Shown here one piece after another: positions 10,113-22,340 of a stretch of 64,000 nt of DNA. Location: assembly GCF_006345805.1 (NCBI RefSeq), contig NC_042998.1, positions 95,728,001-95,792,000 of the forward strand. Direction: 5' to 3'. Below the pieces are notes generated by a model that worked only from the letters and a program-made list of their open reading frames with translations, made no database searches and was not told the origin of the DNA. The stretch is from Octopus sinensis (lineage: Eukaryota). A program made the position numbers and the translations under genes. Positions within the stretch are counted from its first letter, which is position 1, and each line of letters begins with the position of its first letter.

Positions 10113-11409
10113 GGCGGTGCCCCAGCTTGGCCACTGCTCGTGAGCTGAAACTAAAATAGAAAAAAAAATATATATATATATACATATACATGCACATACA
10201 TACATACATGCATACAAAACACGCGCGCGCGCGCACACACACACACACACATTGATTGCTTCGTGTGTTGTAGATTACTAGAGAGAAATGGGCTTTGGAT
10301 AGAGTTGAATAAATTGTTCGATCCGATTTATTATTTTTATCATTTGTTTTGTTGTGTTTTTTTTTAAAGTTTAGTTTGAGCATGAGGCAGATAAAAAAAA
10401 AAGTACCACAGAAGTTGCCAGTAACCACAACTTCAATCCCTAAGTATTTCAGTTTAAGATCTATTTTTTTTTTTATATTCTAAGCTCAACAAAATTTTAT
10501 TTACGAAGAAGACACTGAATTATACGACTATTCTCGCATTGAGCTTTCATTGAAAAAATAAGGGGAAGTAAATCATAAAAATCGTAGCAGGAGTGAAGGA
10601 TTACAAACTGACAAAGTATCGGCTCTTCTCTGGTACATTTCTTTTCGAATTTATAGAGGTGGAAATGTTCGTTGTCCTGGGTTCTCCAATCATTTCTTTA
10701 CTCAATATGATCAAGGAAGAGATGACCACTTTCAGAAATGAGCCTCTTGAGGTGAAATAGCTCTTTCACCAGATCTCCCTCGAAGTTTTTCGGATAATGC
10801 ATTTGTCATTTTGTCAGCCAGAACTACGAATCATTTTCATGACTTCTCGTAATATAATAAAAATGAATATATTTACAAAGTGAGGCTATGTTCTTTAACT
10901 GAATGACTGATACGAATTCTTGCGATAATACGAATAATGCCATCCAAGCTCTAGTCGGCGGTATTAAACCGGATGCTGTCTATTAGGCTTATCACATAAA
11001 ACGGCAAAAGGCTGAAATATTTTATCGTGCCACCAGAAATCATGCAGAACAGGCTCTATGATAAAAAGGAGACTACAATTTTGCAAATTACTAAAAGTAC
11101 ACAAACATAGAGGTGGGGAGAGAAAGGAGGAGAAGGAGTAGAGAAGAAAAAACAAAATAAGGAACGACTGGGAGAGGATAGACAGATAATAGTAAGGAAA
11201 ATAATATAGCATAAACGAATAAGGCTGAAGTAGACTTGGAGTACCAAAGGGCATGTGATTGATGAAGTTGCGAATGGTGACGAAAGGACTTTGATAAACC
11301 TGGTTGATCTGGCCGAGCGATTAATCAAACAATCGATTAGTTAATAAGTTAAAAGGTTAACCAGTTGCCTAATAATAATAATAATAACAATAATAATAAT
11401 GATGATGAT

Positions 11410-11904
11410 TTCAAATTTTGCCACAAGGTACTTAATTTAACGACCTCGAAAGGATGAAAGGCAAAGTCGACTTCGGCAGAATTTGAACTCAGTACGTAAA
11501 GACGGACGAAATACCTATTTCTTTACTACCCACAAGGGGTTAAACACAGAAGGGACAAACAAGGACAGACAAACGGATTAAGTCGATTATATCGACCCCA
11601 GTGCGTAACTGGTATTTAATTTGAACTCAGAACGTAGCGACGGGCGAAATACGGCTACGCATTTCGCCCGGCGTGCTAACGATTCTGCCAGCTCGCCGCC
11701 TTAATGATAATAATTATTATTTTGTCTATTCTATGCACAGTGCCTTGAAAATTTTGCGGGGAAGGGGGCCAGTTGATTACATCGACCACAGTGCATAACT
11801 GGTACTTATTTCCTCGACCCCGAAAGAATTTGAACTCAGAACATAAAGACGGACGAAATACTGTTAAGCATTTCGCCCGGCGTGCGACTCTGCCAGCCGC
11901 TGCC

Positions 11905-11905
<1 letters not shown>
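11410..11905 (-). mobile_element. Cluster of SINE family B copies in a (TAA)n tract
   Basis: Repeated atttgaactcagaac, catttcgcccggcgtgc and ctgccagctcgccgcc. Confidence 0.85.
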
Positions 11906-11949
<44 letters not shown>

Positions 11950-11959
11950 GTAATAATAA

Positions 11960-12260
11960 TGTGATGACAGAGGACGAGAAAGTCTGGAAGTTCCAAGACC
12001 TAGGATTGGAAGTAAAAAGAATCAATAGAGCCTCAAAGGTGAGAGTGGTATCTATTGTGATCGTTGCACTTGGGACCATCTCAAAGAGAGCAATATTCTG
12101 GCATCAAAAGCGGCAGATACCAAACTTCTTTGGAAGTATTCAGTCGGCAGCAATACTTAGAACAGCTCATGTGTTGAGGAAGGTGTTGCGTCTCTAAGCT
12201 GCGGGGTGGACCTGAGACGTGACACAAATAAATCAGAAGTTAAATAAATAAAATAATAAA
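11960..12260 (+). mobile_element. 5'-truncated R4/Dong-clade LINE fragment (RLE C-terminus) inserted in (TAA)n
   Basis: EKVWKFQDLGLEVKRI..VRVVSIVIVALGTI..IQSAAILRTAHVLRKVL* matches the EK..KY.DL / VIGALG / IQK...LGTA.ILRKVL pattern. Dong elements are known to target (TAA)n. Confidence 0.82.
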
Positions 12261-12527
12261 AGAAGTGATATAGAACCAGTGTATCTATTTGTTATTGGCA
12301 AAATGACCCACCCAAGAGGCAACAAAATATTAAATGCTTATCAATAAATAGTTCACAATAAAGGAAAAGGAAAAGAAAATTAATGTGAATAGTAGTACGT
12401 TACTGCGGAAGCAATAAACTCGTGATTTCATCTTGTTTTAGATTATTTAAGAATCTAAATATAATTGACTTATGGAGTCAAAAAGGTAGATTGTCATTGG
12501 ATAGTGGTGGTAGGTTAATTTTAATGG

Positions 12528-12900
12528 TATCCATCCATCCACCTTCTCCGCTCACTATTCCTGAGAGGCTCAGAGACAGAGACCTCAGGCACTTCTATAA
12601 GAAGTAACCCCCATTAGAAGCAACCGTCACTAGACTTTCCTGATGAACTCTCAAGCATGGCCAACTGAAATTATAGATATTCTCCAGCCAACTCATTCTT
12701 GGTCTAGACCTAAGTTTCCTGCCGGTTGGCTCGGCTTGAAGAATCCGTCTTGCGATTCCCTCCTATGACATTTCAGTTACATGTCCGTTGTACCGGAGCT
12801 GTGACCGCTCAGTGTGGAGGATCTGATCTCTGAGCTAGGCAGCCTGTCGGGTAACGTTAAAACGGAGATACTTCAAAGGAGCCCCATTTCAGCTGCTTGT
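12528..12900 (-). mobile_element. RTE-clade LINE 3' fragment with (GGAT)n tail
   Basis: Minus-strand translation ILHTERSQLRYNGHVTEMS*EGIARRILQAEPTGRKLRSRPRMSW. Tail atccatccatcc at 12528. Confidence 0.75.
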
Positions 12901-12907
12901 ATGCTGG

Positions 12908-12939
<32 letters not shown>

Positions 12940-14225
12940 ACATTGTACTTTTACAAGAAAAGAGTGACAGTGATTTCGATTTTTCACACTGCTAGTCTCC
13001 GACCAAGGTTAGTGGACCGAAGCTTCGAAATCATTGTCATCCTTCTTCTTGTAAGAGTGTATTAGATATGTATTTCTCTACAGAAAGTATTAGCAATCTA
13101 TATAGGAGGATTGATGGAAGAGATATAAAGTAAAAAAGAAATAGAAATGTATGCAAAACATCAAAACAGATCTGTTTGCAAGCACTAATTAGAAAAAAAT
13201 GTAGGAACCAGTATAATACTTGAAGAACAGGTTGACTTGTAAAGCTGTGATAGACTCTGGTAGTTTTTAGTCCAAGAAAAATATGAAGTACTCACAGTGC
13301 TTGAAAACATTCATAAATTAAAGATATCAATGTAGGGAATGTACGGAGTGCAAAGATGGATTCCAGAGGGAGCCAGTTCGGAGACAAGTCTGGAGATTAG
13401 AGTTGTTTAGAACAGGATTTAGAAGCTGGAATTCAATAGAGACAATGAAAGAGAGCGCATCAGTTAACTTTTAGACTGAAATGGTATTCACTTTGCAGAT
13501 CCAAAGATTAACAAACCATTGAAGCTATAATAGGAAACACACACACACACACACACAAACAAACATTGAGAGAGCGGGGGGGGGGGAGAGAAAGTACAAC
13601 ATCGTTGGGGCTAGTGATTGCAGCGTTTTGTAAAGATTATACTTATCGATTAGATTTTTAACGTAATCGAGGATTTTTGTGTGTCTGGTTCAATTGCTTC
13701 GCTCCAGTTATGTAATCTGGACTAGAATGGGGTATTCACCTAAAAGGATGAGCGACTATTCGGAGCTGAATTAGTTTTGACATTCTAAAGAGAAAGACCA
13801 GCTTTATTACTCAGTTGAATGGTTTTCAAAGATTGTGAAGTCCATGAAGATTTTCGATGAGTGTTATTAATGAATTTACGAAAGTATAGTGTTGAAGACA
13901 AGCCAACTTCGATTGAGCGGATCTGTAATCAAAGAGGGTTCCATTGTGACCGTCCCGTCTTTTTGTATGCATTTTTTTCTTTTTAAGACGTTAGGTTGCA
14001 ATTTGGTCGCTACTTTTAGCAGTTCTAGCAACTACATTGAGGTGCACTCATTTGCTTTCAAACATGTGGTGTATGTCTGGTATGAATGATTTAGTGGGAA
14101 ATGTGATTGAGGCGTGAAGAGATGTTTCATCAGCTGAAGGGAGTTTGTAGTTAAACGTTGACAAAGGGAAAAACAGAGCATATACGGAAGGAAGGATGTA
14201 GTGCTACAAATCGGAACCGTTTGTT

Positions 14226-14258
14226 AGAAAGAAAGAAAGAAAGAAAGGAAGAAAGAAA

Positions 14259-14327
<69 letters not shown>

Positions 14328-14583
14328 AGAAAGAAGAAAGAAAGGAAGAAAGAAAGGAAGAAAAAGGAAGAAGAAAGGAAGAAAGAAAGGAAGAAAGAAA
14401 GGAAGGAAGAAAGGAAGAAAGAAAGGAAGAAGAAAGAAAGAAAGAAAGAAAGAAAGGGAGAAAGAAAGAAGAAAGAAAGGAAGAAAGAAAGGAAGAAAGA
14501 ACGGAAGAAAGAAAGGAAGGAAGAAATGAAGGAAGAAAGGAACGAAGAAAGAAAAAGAGAAAGAAAGAGATAAGGAAAGAGAG

Positions 14584-14614
<31 letters not shown>

Positions 14615-14615
14615 T
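14226..14615. repeat. Polypurine (GAAA/GGAA)n then (GA)n tract
   Basis: Direct reading. Source of the spurious RK-rich and FL-rich ORFs. Confidence 0.95.
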
Positions 14616-14877
14616 AGATGGGTCCATTAACCAATTAAGCACTAAACGAAGAATACCTTAAGAAAAGGTGTTCAATAGATCCGGCTTCACAATAGCTGTA
14701 ATGACACATGTGTAATGAAGAGGGAAAAAGATCCCGATTAATAAAAGAGAAAAGTGTTTGTAGAACGTTTGTGCCTTTGTTTTGCAAGATTCCTGATGTG
14801 AAATCATGTGTTGAAACAGATATTGTTGTATTCGGGGATGGTTTTTTTTCTTTTCTTTTTTTTTTGTTTTGCCATAG

Positions 14878-15056
14878 AACCACACGTATTACATATTCGT
14901 TTTGCACTTTAGCTTTAACCTTATTCCTATTTTAGTGTCCTTTGTCTGAAATCTTTCGTCACACATTCTGTGACCTCTTCTATGGATCTCCATCACACTA
15001 AAACAGGAATAAGAATAAGGCTGAAGTAAAGAATGAGTATATAGTGCGTGTGGTTA
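14878..15056 (-). mobile_element. Inverted repeat with central decayed hammerhead (Penelope-like relic)
   Basis: Arms ~14878-14937 and ~14996-15056. The centre on the minus strand reads (ta)GAAGA-G-GTCACA-gaatg-TGTGAC-GAAA-gatt-TC. Confidence 0.55.
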
Positions 15057-15081
15057 TTTGGAGGAAAAAAAATGACCATCC

Positions 15082-15470
15082 TCGTAGGAGTGGCTGTGTG
15101 GTAAGTAGCTTGCTTACAAACCACATGGTTCCGGGTCCAGTCCCACTGCGTGGCACCTTGAGCAAGTGTCTTCTACTATAGCATCGGGCCGACTTGTGAG
15201 TGGATTTGGTAGACGGAAACTGAAAGAAGCCCATGGTATATATGTATGTGTGTGTATATGTTTGTGTGTCTGTGTTTGTCCCCCTAACGTCGCTTGACAA
15301 CCGATGCTGGTGAGTTTACGTCCCTGTGACTTAGAGGTTCGGCAAAAGAAACCGATAGAATAATATCTAGGCTTACAAAGAATAAGTCCTGGGGTCAATT
15401 TGCTCGACTAAAGCCTGTGCTTAAGCATGACCACGGTCAAATGACTGAAACAAGTAAAAGAGTAAAAGAG
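15082..15470 (+). mobile_element. SINE family A
   Basis: Colinear with 2281-2660. CpGs retained. Confidence 0.88.
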
Positions 15471-15808
15471 ATACAACAATGTTTTGAACTTTTTGTGTAA
15501 GTTTCCTCCATATTATAACTTGCTTAATGACTTCGAATTATTTAACTGAATTCACTAAACAATTACTATAAAATATTAACTAATTTGGTTGTTCATCTTA
15601 TGTGAGCATCATATTTATATTAGAGCTATGAAAAGGATGATATTAAAACAATGATTAAGGCAACACCCGGAGCGGCGTAGCGTGGCAGATATAGTAGGAT
15701 ACTGCACCAGATACTATTTAGCTTTGCTATGTTGTGAGATCGAATCTCGTAAAGGACCACTTACGTCTTATCACTCCCGATCGCATAAAATAAGTACAAT
15801 TCATTAAA

Positions 15809-16059
15809 AAAAAAGTTTTCAATGGTACAACAATGCACTATAATATAGACAATGGGCTGTTGTCTATATTATAGAAAACCGATCATAGCAGCGACTAACG
15901 GCGTTAGAAAACCGATTATAGCAGCGACTGCATCTAAGAATATCTGAAGAAGGAATATTATTCCGAAATATCATATCAGACTATGGATGACTAAATTACA
16001 ACAGGTAAATAGCCCATTGTCTATATTATAGTGCATTGTTGTACCTTTCAAAACTTTTT
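15809..16059 (+). mobile_element. Inverted repeat (~50-bp arms) with central hammerhead-like motif (Penelope-like relic)
   Basis: Arms 15809-15858 and 16011-16059. CTGAAGA-a-GGAAT-att-ATTCC-GAAA-TA-tca-TA-TC at ~15944-15977, with stem I decayed. Confidence 0.6.
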
Positions 16060-16599
16060 ATTCTTTACAAACAATACACAATGCTTCAAGCGAACTACAA
16101 TACTCTCCTACAATTCATTTAGTGACTAACAATCCAATTGACTGTCATGGTCTCCAAAGATTTGTTGTAGAATCATACGAGAATAACAAACTTAATATTT
16201 CCGCCAATGACTTCTTCCCGAGTATTCCATTCATAAGACAATAAACTTTTAGGTTTCCTGTTAAGTTATTGCATTAAATATACGAGTGAAATATTTTTGC
16301 ATATATTTTCATTAGAAAATATGTCAAGAGGCGATTCTATTTCGGTTTAGACTGTCGAAATCTGTGTCATAAATACTGTCGGCTTAAATGAGACGTAGAA
16401 CAAAACAAAAATGTCAAATTAAACTCGAATGACTAGATACATCCCCTTTCCATTCTGCATTGAGGAATTATGTGAGAAAATCTAGCTATGGCTTTGAAAT
16501 GGTAAAATTAACTAAGAACACATGTTCAGATGTCCCGAAACAGAATGTGTATTAGTGTATAGAAGGTGTATGTAAAACAAAATACGAAGAAGAATATAG

Positions 16600-18160
16600 A
16601 ATACTTTGTTTTAGCATTTGTGTAAATACAAAATGTCAACTGTTGGAATCCTTCATTTTTGCTTAATCTTAACGTAAATGTTAGGAGGAAAAAGAGTGGG
16701 AAAATTCAAAATAGATAAAGAATAAAAGAAAGACGGTGAGTAATAGAGAGCGAGAGAGAAAAAGAAAGACAGGAAGAAAGAGAATGAGAGAGAGAGAATA
16801 TTTCTAACGTTGATGCAAAAAGCTAGCAAAAAATAAAACGCTGTGAATGTCATTTCCAATCCGTAAATTTAAACGGCCTCCCAATATGAAATTGGAATGT
16901 ATATCTATACAATGAAAATATGCGAAACATCCATAGCTAAATGTATGGTATCTTCCTTGAGTTTCCTGGAGAGTCTTTGAGAATGCTGCTGCTGGAAGCT
17001 TAGAACAAAAGAGACACGTTCGTCTTGTACTTTTTTTTTCCATGATTCAGCAACCATATGAAAATCAGCTCGCTCCCCATATGTGTGTGTTTGCATACAA
17101 GAGAATATAATATTGCATTTTAACAAAAGATGATCAAAAAACTTTGGTATGAAGTCCTTTCAGGAAAATTCATACAGTTAAATTACACATAGCCCTCCCA
17201 CCACCACGATAACTTCTCTTAGCGTTTCAGTAGACCACCTCGCCCACACTCCCCTCTCTCTCTCTCTCTCTCTCTCTCTTTGTAATCTAACATGTGCCGT
17301 CGTCTCCGGATCTTAATCTGTAAACCACTCTTATTTCTGCAGTCTTGTTTAAAAACAACTATTTTAAAACTTAAAATACTTGCATTAATTTTCTTTTTAA
17401 AAATTAAAAGTATTTTCGTTTTCATATATACACATACATAAGAACAAATAACTAAATACGTCACCGCCAAACATTTGACATTCTTTAAAAGAGAAAAAAA
17501 AATTAGCTAGACTTCGTTTTGTCTCTATTGAAAGTGTTGTTATTTTATGTGTGTGTATGTCTTCTCTCTTTCTCTCTCTCTCTCTGTCACAGTCAGTCAT
17601 ACACAAACAATTACCCTGTACCAGCGACCAGATTTATTTCCGCACACACATACACACGCTGCTCTGCCATTGGCCCGATTGTCATCTGAATGTTTCAATG
17701 TCTCCTTCTCCACATTTAAGTGTTGTTAATCCTCTTTCTAACCATTCACTTGACACGATCAGTATGGAGTTACTACTCTCAGGCAGCTAATAGATATTTT
17801 TCGCCTGCACTTAAAATTTTACAGGACCTCGTGTACTAAAACAACATTGGTGTTAATATAGACAATATAATTTATTAATCCCAATTTCGTTCAGCAAGAT
17901 AAAAAACAACACAAATTACACTAAACGCCTCCCTTATTTTTAAAACTTGATAACTTGACAATTTTTTGATTATTGTCAGCCCCTTTGATTATATACAACC
18001 CCACCTAAAATAACCAATTAATTGCCGCAAGTGAACTTTACTGGTCCCTTTTAAATAAACCTCCACGTGATTATTATTTATTTATTCCTCTGTTTTTGTT
18101 CCTTTAATTTCTGACTTAAGGAAAATCACATTACCGAAGCCGCGCTAAAAAAGCAGATAT
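16600..18160 (+). promoter_or_regulatory. Probable promoter and first (mostly 5'UTR) exon region of the innexin gene
   Basis: TE-poor, CpG-retaining segment with (CT)n tracts and an Inr-like TCAGTC at ~17593. Ends in a consensus donor AT|GTAAGT at 18160/18161. TSS not determinable. Confidence 0.5.
18159..18160 (+). CDS. inx: Innexin coding exon 1 (AT of a split ATG)
   Basis: GCAGATAT|GTAAGT donor. Joined to the acceptor TTTCCAG|G at 31335 it gives ATG ATT GGC TCA (MIGSILGGF), in frame with exon 2. Upstream in-frame TAA at 18117-18119. Confidence 0.6.
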
Positions 18161-20439
18161 GTAAGTTCATTTAAGATTATTTTTGTTTGTATATCGGTTA
18201 AAATTATTTTTGTTGTTATATCATTGACCGCCTCTAAAATTAATGACTATTCAGTTTTGAGCAGATCATGAAGTTGTTTCTCATGAACTATGTACTCATA
18301 CCTTTTTATTTTCTTTCATTGTTCGGGCATTCCTCTTTCTAAACATTTGATATCCTGTCATGCTTCAATACACATTTTTGACATGAAAAGTAAATAACCT
18401 GTACAATAATATGTGGGTAGAAGTAAAAAGTTTTTCTCATTAAATTGTAACCAGTCCTCAGTATTTAAACACCTTACAGACAAGCCGTGCCTCAAAATTC
18501 TTTCTAGCTATGGGTTCAGACGAGGAGTAAGTTTTTAGAATTATTTTTATGATAAAATCTTTCTTTGCCTGACAATACAGCTCAAATTAGAAGCTGCCTT
18601 TTCTAACATTTATTTATTCATAGCCATAATTTAAAATATTCATCTTTTCCCGGTAATTTTCTTGTGAAAGAGAACCCTTCCTTTATTTTGCCTCCATGAA
18701 CATGTGGTGTTTGTGTATTTTGTTAATTTTCATATTTCCTTGCTGTAACTCCCTTTTCTATCTGCTGCTCGCCTATCATACTTCTCTTTCTCCCTACAAA
18801 ATCACTCTGTATGGACACGTTCTGTATTCATAATGTGTGTGTGTGTGTGAAGTAGATCTCCGTCGCTTTCGACGATGATTATTCTAGTTTGTGTGATCAA
18901 CTGAGTTACATTCTCAGTTGAATCAACACTCTTTAAGCAACAGAATATTCCACAGATACTTTTTCTTACCCTTAATCACGTAATCCTCGAGCAGAGTTTC
19001 ATACATTATGTAACAGAAAAAAGGTCGACGCTTTGAATATTAATCCTGTCGGTTTGACAGATTTTTTTTTCACTCATAAATAAGCCTATGTTGAAATAAT
19101 GCCCAAAATACCATGTAGGTTCAAACCCTGACTCAATGACTGTTCTTATCCACTCACCGGCTTTTCTTGCGTATCTAGACACTATAGTTTTATATATATG
19201 GGTAATCTGTACGCTTATTCTTTACTCTAAGCACAAGGCCCGAAATTTTGGGAGAGGGATCCACTCGATTAGATCGACCAGTACACAACTGGTACTTAAT
19301 TTATCGACTCCAAAAGGATGAAAAGCCAAGTCGACCTCGGCGGAATTTGAACTTAGAACATGAAGACAGATGAAATAGCGCTAATCTGTACACTTATTGT
19401 TTACATATATAATTCAGAGGTTGCCTGCTAAATCTTAACAATATAACAATATTCTTTTGATGTTCTGTTTTAGATACTTTTTAATGTATGTTCTAGAATA
19501 GTTTGTAAAGAAAATAACTAGAGGCAAGAAAGTATGAACATTTTTTTGTTCATTGCTTGTAGCCTAATTTTGAACTACTTGATATAATTTTGCCTTTTGA
19601 AAAATTTAGTTGGACCGGAAAAAACGTGATTGCTTTGTGACTTGTTTTTGTAATCCACTTGAAATATATCCTTAACTTTCCAGACATAATATAGTATAAA
19701 ACTATCACAAACTGACAGCAATTAATATACAGAATAACTAAAATATTATTGTAAGAAACTGGCTATCCATTGACTTACAGTTGGTGCAAACTGTAGCTCC
19801 CTACACTAAGGCTGACTTTCTTTCCCCTTTTCTGTTATGACTGCATCTACCGCCTTTTTCTGTTTAAGCCTTTATTTAAAAGCCACTCTTGAAATTGCCT
19901 TTATAATGTTTCTTATTCCTCATTCAAGCCATATAATTTTATTTATTTCCATTAATCTGGCCTTGCAAAATAAACCGATGGTTCGTTGGGACGACAGAGC
20001 TTAGTGAATGTAGTGTGTTGGGTGGTGATGTGGAGACCGTTCAGTTGTTTAGCCCTCTGTCACACATTCTGCAAATGCATTCCAGTTGTGATCATTCCTG
20101 CCTTTGTTTAACCGATGTCTCCTACATTAACGACTGCAAAACTTGGTTTTGAAGGAGGTTTCCTGATCTTTTTTTTTTTTAACAAATTCCTCTGTTCGTT
20201 TAGATGTCTATTGGTGATAGACGTATACTCACACATATGTAAAATGTATTTTGCAATTAACTTCTTTATAATTAGTAATCTGAAATAGAGCAGTATAGCT
20301 GTTTTTAAAATACAAACACACACACGCCTCTGTGTGTGTGTGTGTTTAACTACAAAAGCATTTTTCAGTGTTTATCGGCAGAGGTTAGCGATTCAAGGGC
20401 TGAGTTTTGTTCATTGTACATATATTGTGCTTTTATGTC

Positions 20440-20476
<37 letters not shown>

Positions 20477-22092
20477 ATGTGTGTGTGTGTGTGCGCGCGC
20501 TTGATTGTTACAAATCCGTGTTAGATATTTGAAACCCTATAACAACAATGAGAATCATTATTAAAACCACAACAGTATTATATCACTTGAACAATATATG
20601 TATGTACATTGGGAACTAATAAGTAGTGATGAATAAAGTAAACTTTGTATATGACTTTATTTGTTAATAGTTTAAATTTTCATTTTTTTAATTTTAACTT
20701 TTCAATATTTGTGTTTTAGATTCTATTTTACACTAGAATAGGATCAATGTACTAATTTCACTATAATCTTTTCATTTTAAACTGTGAGCTCAATATCCTT
20801 TATAGATAATATAACTTCTCAATCAAAGAACAACATAGGTCATATTTTCCAGCAAGATATATAAATACGATGCCAGAAAGTAAGAATTTTATAAACAATA
20901 TACGTGATTATCATACGTTGAAGTAGTATTATTGTAAATAGCTCTGAAGTTCCTTTTTGACCGGAATGTGTGGAACTTAGTTCTTTGTGTTCTGTTAGAA
21001 TCTTTGTTTTTCTGTTGGTGGTATAGCCATCCAGTAAAATTCAAGTTCTTGCACTCTCATAAGAAAAGACTTCATTTGCTGAAAAGTGAAAAGGTTTTTA
21101 GATAACTTGGGAAGAAAAAATTAGTTATTGTGATAATTTTAGAAAAGGCGTTTAATTTAAGGCTGCTGTCTGTTATGGAAGAAATAGTGCCATCTTGAAT
21201 TTATCATGTGCTGGTTGAGAGAGAGTCGGGCAAAGGCGCATGGTTCAGAGCAGTCATAGACTACTTCTGTAGTGAATGGAGCTATATGTTTTCAGTATAG
21301 CTGAAGAATAAAAATTTATGTTGGAAATAGGGGAAATAATGACTCACTCTACAGTATTGTGGTTGGGTGAAAATGGTCTATGGGCTTGGTATCACTATCT
21401 GGTCTGAAGTTGTTTGCTCTTCCCTACTTAGATGCTCACAGTTGTTAATTTGGGAGCAAAAAGAGTTTGGAAAATATAGGAAGATCTCTAGAAATTCTGT
21501 AAAAAGGAAATTTGATCAATGATGTAGAGGTATTCTATACTGATAAATATTCTTAATTTGGTAAAGAGTTTTAGTAAAGAAGTATGCATGCAGTATTGAT
21601 TGAATCTAAAAGTCTTAAGCTTTTATAAAGTATGAAATTTAAATAGTTAATAAACCAATAAAACTTGCCACTTTTGTTACTCAATAGTAAATATATATTT
21701 ATGCATTTTTGAATGTATATAATCCACTTTTATGATTTATATTTTACATACTTAAGTTAATAAGGTGACTTGCGACACATTTAGTCCTGTTTCATGCATT
21801 CCATGCCTCTTCCTAGGTGAGAGCCATACTGTCCATTCTGTTTCTGGAGGTGAGCACATTAGAGATGGGTTGATCCCTCAGAACACTTGACTGTTTTTTG
21901 TGACACACTATTGAGGTTGCTGTTATTTGTATTTCTTTTTTCGTCTGAGCTTATTGGGAGAGATAGTGTTTTAGAGGATTGTAGATTTGAGTGAATAATG
22001 TAACAGGGTCTGTGAGTTTGGTGCTTGCTGTGAACCACGCCACTCTCATGGCTAGATGGTGTGTCCTTACTAGATTTTCTGATTATGTTGAT

Positions 22093-22340
22093 CATTGATT
22101 CTCAACCAGGAGTCTGCATGACCCTTAGTGGTCCACGTTAAGAATGATGTGCAACAAATTGGTTACACTTCTTACAATACACAAATTATTTTAACAATTT
22201 TCTATACATACTTTCAAATAATATTTATTTATAAAATCATAATGGGATTTTTCCAATGTCAAATGGCTAAAAAGGGATCTGAGTGGAGTAAAGTGGGCAT
22301 CAAGGGGGATCCAAAAGCAAAAACTCGTTGAGAATCACTA
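22093..22340. mobile_element. hAT (Charlie-like) MITE, 248 bp
   Basis: TIRs CATTGATTCTCAAC / GTTGAGAATCACTA. 8-bp TSD ATGTTGAT (22085-22092) and ATGTGGAT (22341-22348). Confidence 0.8.

Noticed and set aside
14151-14642. Protamine-like RK-rich and hydrophobic FL-rich ORFs
   Set aside because: Translations of a (GAAA/GGAA)n microsatellite.
16653-17470. Short minus-strand ORFs as a divergent gene
   Set aside because: No recognisable domain or convincing splice signals, and low-complexity composition.
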